From Treponema sp. (GTDB lineage Bacteria; Spirochaetota; Spirochaetia; Treponematales; Breznakiellaceae), in contig JAITAW010000162.1 of NCBI GenBank assembly GCA_031283905.1, forward strand, positions 1 through 27,481: DNA of 27,481 nt, read 5' to 3'. Position 1 is the stretch's first letter. Every line of letters starts with the position of its first letter. Shown here one piece after another: positions 17,517-25,085 of this stretch. Below the pieces are notes generated by a model. That model saw only the letters and a list, made by a program, of their open reading frames with translations. It was not told where the DNA came from and did not search any database. The position numbers and the translations under genes were made by a program.

Positions 17517-18335
17517 CTATATCCACTTTTTATAAAAGGTTGACCATTGAGTTTTTACAAATTCAAACTTTGTATCCATACCGAACAGCGATTCCGAGTG
17601 TCCAATAAGCAGGAATGACTTTGGTGCCATTGCCTCCCAGAAACGCTTCATTACTGCGGTTTGAGCGGCTTCATCAAAATAAATAATAACATTACGGCAA
17701 AAAACAATGTCCAAATTATGCAACCCTGAATCATTTTTAAGGTTATGGTAATCAAAACGAACCTTAGACATCAGATCCTGTTTGATTTTGTAGCCTCCGC
17801 TCACCTTATCGAAAAATTTTTGCAGATAATTATCGGGTACGCTTACAACGCGGCTGTCCGAGTAGAAGCCTTCTTTCGCGGTCATAAGACATTTAAGGCT
17901 TATATCGCTGGCGATTACTTCAAATTTCCACGGCACGGGCAATATCTGACTCATCAACATTGCCAAGGTGTATGGTTCTTCTCCGGTTGAACAACCCGCG
18001 CTCCATATCCTGATGGTCGTATTGCCGAGAGTTTTTTTCAATCTCATCAGTTCGGGTACTATATAATGCTCCAACACATCAAAGTGAGCTTGATTGCGAA
18101 AAAAACGCGTCAAATTTGTTGTGATCGAGTCAAGGAAACTCTTCATCTCTTCCTTGTCTCTGGAAATGGTATTGTAATATGTCCGTACATCAATACTTTT
18201 TTCCCGCAACCGGTCTTTAAGTCGACTTTCCAAGATGGAGCGGTTCGTCGGCGTAAAATGAATACCGCTCTCATTGTAAATGAGGGTGCGGTATTGTTCA
18301 AAATCTACATTACTTAGAAATACCGTGTCTGCCAT
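17517..18335 (-). CDS. cheR: Chemotaxis protein-glutamate O-methyltransferase
   Basis: TTNLTRFFRN, RIWSAGCSTGEEPYTLAM, DIVFCRNVIIYFD, LLIGHSESL. Confidence 0.97.
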   Translation of the reverse strand: MADTVFLSNVDFEQYRTLIYNESGIHFTPTNRSILESRLKDRLREKSIDVRTYYNTISRDKEEMKSFLDSITTNLTRFFRNQAHFDVLEHYIVPELMRLKKTLGNTTIRIWSAGCSTGEEPYTLAMLMSQILPVPWKFEVIASDISLKCLMTAKEGFYSDSRVVSVPDNYLQKFFDKVSGGYKIKQDLMSKVRFDYHNLKNDSGLHNLDIVFCRNVIIYFDEAAQTAVMKRFWEAMAPKSFLLIGHSESLFGMDTKFEFVKTQWSTFYKKWI

Positions 18336-18344
18336 GATACCATA

Positions 18345-18373
18345 ATTGTATTGTACTATTTAAGATTTGTCAA
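18345..18373 (-). promoter_or_regulatory. Sigma70 promoter of cheR (9 nt from the ATG)
   Basis: Minus strand TTGACA (18373-18368), 17 bp, TACAAT (18350-18345). Confidence 0.75.
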
Positions 18374-18451
18374 TCAAAAAAAACACTTGAAAAAACGCTT
18401 GATGGAATTAATGAGAAAAATATTCGGCCCATCGCATCCGGCGCGGAGGAC

Positions 18452-18480
18452 TTGTCAATCCGGTTCTCTCTTGGCATAAT
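18452..18480 (+). promoter_or_regulatory. Sigma70 promoter of pyrG-lptCAB (8 nt from the ATG)
   Basis: TTGTCA (18452-18457), 17 bp, TG-extended CATAAT (18475-18480); no SD before ATG 18489. Confidence 0.7.
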
Positions 18481-18488
18481 ACTAGTAC

Positions 18489-20114
18489 ATGAATAAGTTT
18501 ATCTTTGTCTCCGGCGGCGTATGTTCCAGCCTTGGAAAAGGCGTTGCCGCGTCCTCTTTGGGCGCTTTGCTTGAGTGCCGGGGGCTTAATGTCTGCATGG
18601 TAAAATGTGATCCGTATATCAATGTGGACGCCGGTACCATGAATCCATATCAGCACGGAGAGGTCTATGTTACCGATGACGGGGCGGAGACCGATCTTGA
18701 TTTGGGGAATTACGCGCGTTTTACGAACAGCCCGTTGTACCGGGCGAATTCCATTACAACAGGACAAATTTACGACTCCGTATTGCGGAAAGAACGGGAA
18801 GGGCGGTACCTTGGACGTTGCGTACAGGTGATCCCGCATATAACAGACGAGATAAAATGCCGGATACTCGCGGCTCCGGATCAGGATACTGACGTGGTGA
18901 TCGTGGAGATAGGCGGAACCGTTGGCGACATTGAATCGATCCCGTTTCTGGAGGCCGCGCGGCAGTTTATTCACGAATACGGCAAAGAGAACGCCCTGTC
19001 CGTACACCTGACGCTTATTCCGGAAGTAGGCGAGGGCGAGCTTAAAACAAAACCCACGCAACATTCGGTGAAAGCTATGCAGGAAATGGGGATACAGCCG
19101 GACATTCTGATTTGCCGCGCTCCGGTAACGCTTGACGAAGCTATGCGAAAGAAGATAGCGCTTTTTACCAATGTGGAAACCGAAGCGGTTTTTACTTCTT
19201 ATAATGTTAATACCACGATATACGCCGTCCCCCTTGTGTTCTACGAGCAGAAGATGGATCAGGTTGCGCTGAAAAAACTGGGAGTGGCGAGCCGCCATTC
19301 CGATCTGAAGCCGTGGCGCAAAGTGATGGAAGAATTCGCGGCTCGCACGGGCAAAGTACGTGTCGGCGTGGTTGGAAAGTACATGGAACTGCATGACGCA
19401 TATAAATCCGTATACGAGGCGATCTTCCATGCGGGACTTGAAGCCCGTGTGGAGGTTGAATTGGTGAAGGTGGATTCATCCCGCTTGGAGGATCCATCCG
19501 CAGCCGACGGCATTTTGGGCGGCGCCGCTGACGGCAACGGAGTTGACGGCATTTTGGTTCCCGGCGGCTTTGGACAGCGGGGCGTCAACGGTATGATAAA
19601 CGCCGCGCAATGGGCGCGTGTACACAAGGCCCCGTATCTGGGCATCTGTCTGGGTATGCAGATCATGGTGATAGACTGGGGGCGCAATGTGCTTGGCTTC
19701 AAGGACGCCGACTCTACGGAGTTCGACCAAAACGCCAAACATCCGGTGGTGGATTTATTGGAAGAGCAGGTTGACGTGAAGGGCTACGGCGGCACCATGC
19801 GGCTTGGAAAGAGCGAGTCCGTTGCGGTTGAAGGGAGCCTGATTTTCGCCGCCTACAAGCAAAAGCGCATTTGGGAGCGGCACCGGCATCGCTACGAGTT
19901 TTCAAACCGGTACCGCGCGGATATGTCCGCGTCCGGGCTTAAACTGACCGCGTTTACGCCGGACGGGAGTCTGGTCGAGTGCGTCGAGTGGCCGGATCAC
20001 CCGTGGGGCTTGGGCGTACAGTTCCATCCTGAATTTAAGTCCAAGCCTACATCGGCAAATCCGCTGTTCAGAGATTTTATAGCCGCGATACGGGACAGAA
20101 AAACCGGAGCGTGA
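18489..20114 (+). CDS. pyrG: CTP synthase
   Basis: FVSGGVCSSLGKG, DPYINVDAGTMNPYQHGEV; glutaminase triad GICLGMQ / HRHRYE / GVQFHPE. Confidence 0.98.
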   Translation: MNKFIFVSGGVCSSLGKGVAASSLGALLECRGLNVCMVKCDPYINVDAGTMNPYQHGEVYVTDDGAETDLDLGNYARFTNSPLYRANSITTGQIYDSVLRKEREGRYLGRCVQVIPHITDEIKCRILAAPDQDTDVVIVEIGGTVGDIESIPFLEAARQFIHEYGKENALSVHLTLIPEVGEGELKTKPTQHSVKAMQEMGIQPDILICRAPVTLDEAMRKKIALFTNVETEAVFTSYNVNTTIYAVPLVFYEQKMDQVALKKLGVASRHSDLKPWRKVMEEFAARTGKVRVGVVGKYMELHDAYKSVYEAIFHAGLEARVEVELVKVDSSRLEDPSAADGILGGAADGNGVDGILVPGGFGQRGVNGMINAAQWARVHKAPYLGICLGMQIMVIDWGRNVLGFKDADSTEFDQNAKHPVVDLLEEQVDVKGYGGTMRLGKSESVAVEGSLIFAAYKQKRIWERHRHRYEFSNRYRADMSASGLKLTAFTPDGSLVECVEWPDHPWGLGVQFHPEFKSKPTSANPLFRDFIAAIRDRKTGA

Positions 20115-20118
20115 GGAG

Positions 20119-20766
20119 ATGGAGCATTGTAAAAACAAGTTGCGCGAATGTGGCTCTGCGGGCGGCGGCTCGGGCAGGTATGCCGCATCCCCGTGCGCCG
20201 GTTTCACCGCTCCCTCCCTTAGACGCGGCGTGTTCCATTGCTTGCTCCCTCTACTCCTGCTCGCGTCTTGTTCCTTTGATTACGGCGCGGTAATGGCGGA
20301 AGAAAGCGAACAGCCGGATATTATTATGAATGAGGTTGAATATGTGCGGGTGAGGAACGGCGACCCGATTGTACGGTTTAAGGCGGATACGGCGGAACGG
20401 TATGAAAAAAAACAGATTATGAGCGTATGGGAATTTGAATTTGAACAGTTCCAAAACCACGGGGAAGAGGTGAATATACAAGGCAAAGTGGGCGCGGCTC
20501 ATGTTGAGATTGACACCGGAAACGTTCAGATGCGGGATGGCATCCGCATAGACGTCATCTCCGATGATATTTCCATTAGCACCAATATGTTGTTGTGGGA
20601 AGATAAGAACCGCGCCATTTCCGCAGGAAAGGAGGATGAGGTACGGATCGAACGTTCCGATGGAACGTCTTTTTCGGGAAAAGGGTTTTCCGCCAATGCC
20701 AGAGAGCAGATTTTTACATTTGACGGCGGGATACAGGGCGTGTACTTTGAGGAGGATGAACAATGA
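20119..20766 (+). CDS. lptC: LptC-like export periplasmic lipoprotein
   Basis: Lipobox-like LLASC; beta-jellyroll-type sequence (F.G.GFSANAR...F.F.GGIQG); position in pyrG-lptC-lptA-lptB. Confidence 0.75.
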   Translation: MEHCKNKLRECGSAGGGSGRYAASPCAGFTAPSLRRGVFHCLLPLLLLASCSFDYGAVMAEESEQPDIIMNEVEYVRVRNGDPIVRFKADTAERYEKKQIMSVWEFEFEQFQNHGEEVNIQGKVGAAHVEIDTGNVQMRDGIRIDVISDDISISTNMLLWEDKNRAISAGKEDEVRIERSDGTSFSGKGFSANAREQIFTFDGGIQGVYFEEDEQ

Positions 20767-21446
20767 GCGAAGGAATCGTGTGTAAAATATTCGCGGCGCG
20801 GTCTGCGGCGCTGAGAGAAATTGGACGAGACGAGCGGAACATTTGTATATTCTTTCTTGCCGCCTTTGTTATTTCTATCGCGCCGCTGGGCGCGGATACG
20901 TTTACGTTCAGGGCGGATCAAATGAGCGGCGGACGAGCCGCAGGCAAGGAAACGATCATTTTGACCGGAAACGCCGAAGTGCAATCGGATAGCTTGGTGT
21001 TGAGGGCATCCAGAATTGAGATTTTGGGAGAGAACAACCGGTTTATTGATTGTACCGGCAATGTATGGGGGCAGGAGCAGGAAAAGGAGATTTTTTTCCA
21101 GACCGACAGGCTGCGCTATGACCGGAATTTGAAGATTGCGCGGCTTGAAGGCAACGCCTCGCTTGAGGATAGAAAAAATTCGATTGTTGCTAAGGGCAGA
21201 TTCATTGAGTATGATGATGAAAAAGAGGTTACGATTTTTCAGGTGGAGGTCAGATTGTTTAAGGACGATCTGGTATGCCGCTCCCAATACGCGATGTACC
21301 GGCGCAAGGAGAAGCAGCTCGATCTTTCCGGTTTTCCCGTTGTTTTTAAGAAAGAGGATGAATTCCGCGCGGATCGTATCCGCGTTGATCTTGACACCGA
21401 TGACGTTACAATGGAAGGTTCGGTGTCCGGTTCCATAAAAGGGTGA
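20763..21446 (+). CDS. lptA: LptA/OstA-family periplasmic protein
   Basis: Signal peptide; FTFRADQMSG...ILTGNAEV.SD.L.L.A.RIEI.G, DLSGFPVV.K..DEFRADRI.VDLDT.DV.MEG.VSG.I. Confidence 0.82.
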   Translation: MSEGIVCKIFAARSAALREIGRDERNICIFFLAAFVISIAPLGADTFTFRADQMSGGRAAGKETIILTGNAEVQSDSLVLRASRIEILGENNRFIDCTGNVWGQEQEKEIFFQTDRLRYDRNLKIARLEGNASLEDRKNSIVAKGRFIEYDDEKEVTIFQVEVRLFKDDLVCRSQYAMYRRKEKQLDLSGFPVVFKKEDEFRADRIRVDLDTDDVTMEGSVSGSIKG

Positions 21447-21469
21447 GCGTTTCGGCGTAAGACGGCGGT

Positions 21470-22405
21470 ATGGAAACGAAAGAGTCTCTTGACAACGTCA
21501 CCTATATATATATAACGCCTCTTGACAAGGAACCGGCGGCTCCGCCAACAGACAGCGCACCGGCCAAGCCCGTTCTCATCGCCGGACGTTTTACGCCGGA
21601 CGTGGAGACGATGTACATATGGATTACCGGCGGCGAACCTGAACCGGAGGCTGAAGAAGAAAACTTTGCGCCGGCAGGCTCCCATACGCTTGCGGTGAAC
21701 AACTTGCATAAGCGGTTTGGAAAGAAAGAAGTGGTGCATGGGATAGATTTTTCCATGTACAACGGGCAGGTGGTGGGTCTTTTGGGACCAAACGGCGCGG
21801 GCAAAACAACGACATTCTATATGATAGTGGGATTTTACCGCCCTACACAAGGCAATGTTACGATGGACGGTGTTGACATCACCCGCAAGCCAATGTACAA
21901 ACGGGCGCGCCAGGGTATTGCGTACCTGCCGCAGGAAGCGTCTATTTTCCGCAAACTTACAGTTGAGCAGAACATTTGGGCGATTCTGGAGAGCAGGCGA
22001 GACATCAACTACCGGCAAAAGCGGCTACGGCTTGAAGAACTTCTCGAAGAGTTCGGCATCACGCGCCTGCGGAAGCAGCCCGGGCATACGCTTTCCGGCG
22101 GGGAACGCCGTCGCACCGAAATAGCCCGCGCTTTGGCAACGGAACCTAAGTTCCTGCTCCTTGACGAACCGTTTGCGGGCATAGACCCTATCGCCGTTTA
22201 TGAAATCAAGCGAATAATCAGGCGGCTCGCGAAAAAAGGAATCGGCGTACTTATCACGGATCACAACGTGCGGGATACGCTAGAAATTACCACCGAAGCC
22301 TTCATCATTAATACCGGTACCATCGTCGCCCGAGGTGATAAAGACGCCATCCTTGCCAACGAAATGGTGAGGGAAGTATACTTGGGATCCGAATTCAGAA
22401 TGTGA
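21470..22405 (+). CDS. lptB: LptB ABC ATPase with an N-terminal extension (start uncertain)
   Basis: [89 protein letters not shown]. Confidence 0.95.
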   Translation: METKESLDNVTYIYITPLDKEPAAPPTDSAPAKPVLIAGRFTPDVETMYIWITGGEPEPEAEEENFAPAGSHTLAVNNLHKRFGKKEVVHGIDFSMYNGQVVGLLGPNGAGKTTTFYMIVGFYRPTQGNVTMDGVDITRKPMYKRARQGIAYLPQEASIFRKLTVEQNIWAILESRRDINYRQKRLRLEELLEEFGITRLRKQPGHTLSGGERRRTEIARALATEPKFLLLDEPFAGIDPIAVYEIKRIIRRLAKKGIGVLITDHNVRDTLEITTEAFIINTGTIVARGDKDAILANEMVREVYLGSEFRM

Positions 22406-22425
22406 GCGCCGCGCCTTACTATTCG

Positions 22426-22459
22426 GCGTAAAGAGCGGATGGATTGGCGCTTTTTACGC
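22426..22459 (+). terminator. Hairpin after lptB (probable terminator)
   Basis: GCGTAAAGAGCG (22426-22437) / CGCTTTTTACGC (22448-22459), about 20 nt after the stop. Confidence 0.5.
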
Positions 22460-22599
22460 TCCGTATGGGTTGATTATTTAAATCAATGCGTTTCCACACA
22501 ACAGTAAAGGCTGAACGTTTCCGCGCTGTATCCTCTATTCACACAACGCTACGATTTACAAAAGTTCAAGCGCCGTTTATACCGGTGTGATTAGACGAA

Positions 22600-22702
22600 A
22601 GCCGGAGGTTGTTTGAGATACGGGAGTCTCTGCAAAGAGTCGCGGGAGTTTTTTGAAAAAGATACGGGAGTTTTTTTAAGAACGAACGGAGGATTTTCTC
22701 TT
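22600..22702. repeat. ~100-bp direct repeat, copy 1, built of 22-bp-period subunits
   Basis: AGCCGGAGGTTGTTTGAGATACGGGAGTCTCTGCAAAGAGTCGCGGGAGTTTTTTGAAAAAGATACGGGAGT...; CGGGAG/CGGAGG cores at 22621, 22643, 22665 and 22687. Confidence 0.95.
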
Positions 22703-22903
22703 ATTCCTTATGGTCAAGGCCTTTTCGGTCTTCACCTGGGTAATGTACGAGCCTCCGCTTCAAACTGATTAAGGATAAGTCACACCCTGATGATGTGCAA
22801 CATATGCCGCAGTTATTCTAATCCTGCCATATATCCTCCCTACCTCCCCTTTTTTGCACGCGGTATGTGGGTAAATATACTGCTTCTTTTAGTTCTATGC
22901 AAC

Positions 22904-23007
22904 AGCCGGAGGTTGTTTGAGATACGGGAGTCTCTGCAAAGAGTCGCGGGAGTTTTCTGAAAAAGATACGGGAGTTTTTCTAAAAATAAGCGGAGGATTT
23001 TTCTCTT
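22904..23007. repeat. ~100-bp direct repeat, copy 2 (offset 304 bp)
   Basis: Near-identical to copy 1 over the first ~75 bp; cores at 22925, 22947, 22969 and 22991. Confidence 0.95.
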
Positions 23008-23095
23008 CTCTCTTTCTATGGAATGAGCGCAATCCGCAAAGCGGCTCTCGCTGGAGCTTTGCCAAAGACAAAACTCCGTGCCGCAAATACGGCGC

Positions 23096-23440
23096 TCACG
23101 GAATGAGCGCGGATACGAGCGGACCCCATGTCCTTTCTTCCCGTTGTTTTCGATTTACGCTACGAAATACGCCGTCTTCCCGCTCTCACCAAACTCAAAC
23201 TCGATCAGGTCTTTCTTCCTCTTGGTGAAAAACGAGTCGCGTAATTCTCCGGGTTCGCCGGCGGCGTTTCGCCCTGTCCCGTAACGCTGTACCAGATAGG
23301 CACCCCTTGTTCGCCGTGTCATGCGGGCTGCCCGTAACGTACGCGATCTTGATCCCCAACTCGTGCCGCCCGGCAAAGCGGGTCTCCAGCGTTACCTGCG
23401 CCGAGGGCGGCCCGGACGGGGCCGCAGTGGAGTCCGTGAC
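23096..23440 (-). pseudogene. C-terminal remnant of a 'GPWGP'-terminated hypothetical protein (multicopy family of gut treponemes)
   Basis: Joined frames read DSTAAPSGPPSAQVTLETRFAGRHELGIKIAYVTGSPHDTANKG / IWYSVTGQGETPPANPE / ELRDSFFTKRKKDLIEFEFGESGKTAYFVA*IENNGKKG / WGPLVSALIP*. There are at least 3 frameshifts and 1 nonsense codon. The family assignment is from recall. Confidence 0.72.
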
Positions 23441-23637
23441 TTTCAAAAATAACATGGAGTGCCTCCCCTTTGGAACGGCGGGACAGCCATCCGGTTTGCC
23501 GGGGATACTCTTTACGGGGTTTTTCCCCACAAATGAGAAAACGGCAAGCGTTTTGTTTATCTGGACAAATTTTCAGGTTGTCTTCATAAAGAAATGAAAA
23601 AAATTGATAAAAGCGGGGATTTGCGTGTTAGAGGCCG

Positions 23638-24012
23638 CATTGCCTCATTTTGAAAAAGTAACCCAAATCACAGCGGACTATCCGGCAGCGACAGTTATCG
23701 GAGGTCAGAACGGGGTTATCCATGAAAGAGAACAAGGCAGTTACTAGGCGGATCCGTTCCCGCCGCTTAAATGCCGGACGAAAAGAGATGCGGTAATCCG
23801 GACGAATTCATCCGGTACCGGCTGCAAAAACCGGAAGTACGCCCCGCGTATCCCCAATCGGCCACGGGTTCCCCGGCCACGGCTTGCCGGTAACGGCAAG
23901 CCGGCCAAACTCAAGCCGCGGACAAAACCGCCAATCGGACGGGCAAAAATTTATACCGATGAGGCCGCCGCCGCTCTCCGCCTCATCCGGGCCTTCTTCC
24001 GGTATAAACGCG
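23638..24012 (+). mobile_element. Left end and decayed N-terminus of an IS transposase (integrase-core/ISNCY-like, treponemal type)
   Basis: Putative end CATTGCCTCATTTTGAAAAAGTAACC, SD GGAGG, mutated start ACG (23710). Then GLSMKENKAVTRR, DEFIR/TGCKNRKYAPRI, NGKPAKLKP and KIYTDEAAAALRLIRAFFRYKRG in shifting frames. The catalytic domain is not present. Confidence 0.65.
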
Positions 24013-24185
24013 GTCGGAAACGAAGTTTCCGCGACTCCCTACTCCCTTCGTCCACCGGCAGACGCCCTCTATCACCTCGGATGAATTCCAGTATCGCGAG
24101 TCTAGTCCCGCTGTAACATCGCAATCCGTGTATAGGCCGCGCCATGTCGTTTTACTTCAAAACGGCTGATTAAAGCGGCTGTTTA

Positions 24186-24194
24186 TGCTACACT
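24186..24194 (+). promoter_or_regulatory. Extended -10 promoter 6 nt upstream of the rlmJ GTG
   Basis: TG-C-TACACT (24186-24194); weak -35 CTGATT at 17 bp; no SD. Confidence 0.55.
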
Positions 24195-24200
24195 TTTCTC

Positions 24201-25070
24201 GTGCTTGGTTACAGACACGCCTTTCATGCGGGCGGCGGCGCGGACGTTCTAAAACACACGATGCTTGTGTTTTGCCTCAAATACCTTTGCCAAAAAGAAA
24301 AGGCGTTCCTCTATATCGACACCCATGCGGGAGCAGGTTCCTATGATCTTGCCGGCGGGTATGCGGAACAAAACAAGGAGTGGAAAACAGGCGTTGCAAA
24401 ACTTATGGAAAAAGCCGGAAAAATAACACAATCTGAAACGCCTTCGGTGATCAACGACTATCTCTCGTATACAAAAACCGCCGCCGCTTATCCCGGTTCT
24501 CCGGCTTTGGCGCGGAAAATCCTGCGCCCCCGCGACAGAATCGTCTGCTATGAAAAGCACCCGGCGGATTTTCTTCTTTTGAGCGAATTGCTGTCTCACG
24601 ATTGCGGGGCCGAGGCGAGAAACGCCGATGGATTTGAAGGACTCAAATCCTTGCTGCCGCCGCCTTCAAGACGCTCATGCGTGTTGATTGACCCCTCGTA
24701 TGAGATGCGGGATGATTATGAAAAAACCGCTTCCGCCGTTATGGAGGCGCTTAGGCGTTTTCCAACAGGGCTGTACCTTGTGTGGTACCCGCTTCTTGTT
24801 CTGAACGGCGCGGGTGAAACGCTTAGAGACGCTCTTATGGCAATGTATAGCGGGAACCGGTGTTGCGCGGAACTCATTACCGGAGACAAGCGGCGGGAGA
24901 TCGGAACAAAGCGCGGCGGCTTGTATGGAAGCGGACTTGTCATCTATAATCCGCCGTGGACATTGAAAGCCGCTTTGGAAGAAACGCTGCCTTTTCTGGC
25001 TGACTGCGTCAGCGCGGAGCATTGCGGCTACGGCTGCCAATGGATTGACCTGCGCAGCCCCGCGCAGTGA
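24201..25070 (+). CDS. rlmJ: 23S rRNA (adenine2030-N6)-methyltransferase
   Basis: MLGYRHAFHAG..ADVLKH, YIDTHAGAG.Y, YPGSP, LIDPSYE, G.Y.VWYP, GSG..IYNPPWTL. Confidence 0.95.
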   Translation: MLGYRHAFHAGGGADVLKHTMLVFCLKYLCQKEKAFLYIDTHAGAGSYDLAGGYAEQNKEWKTGVAKLMEKAGKITQSETPSVINDYLSYTKTAAAYPGSPALARKILRPRDRIVCYEKHPADFLLLSELLSHDCGAEARNADGFEGLKSLLPPPSRRSCVLIDPSYEMRDDYEKTASAVMEALRRFPTGLYLVWYPLLVLNGAGETLRDALMAMYSGNRCCAELITGDKRREIGTKRGGLYGSGLVIYNPPWTLKAALEETLPFLADCVSAEHCGYGCQWIDLRSPAQ

Positions 25071-25085
25071 ACGCGCTCCGGCATA

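Noticed and set aside
18408-19430. 340-aa minus-strand ORF, plus other long shadow ORFs (e.g. 7067..7660, 20526..21287, 21239..22018, 6031..6501)
   Set aside because: They are antisense shadows of well-supported genes (pyrG, the hypothetical protein, lptA/B, fba) with no recognisable motifs.
22470-22486. TTGATTATTTAAATCAA as an FNR/CRP-type site
   Set aside because: The half-site spacing (TTGAT-N7-ATCAA) does not fit FNR (N4), and no promoter or gene is clearly associated.
22600-23007. CRISPR array
   Set aside because: The units are contiguous degenerate 22-mers without unique spacers, there are only two large copies, and no cas genes are present.
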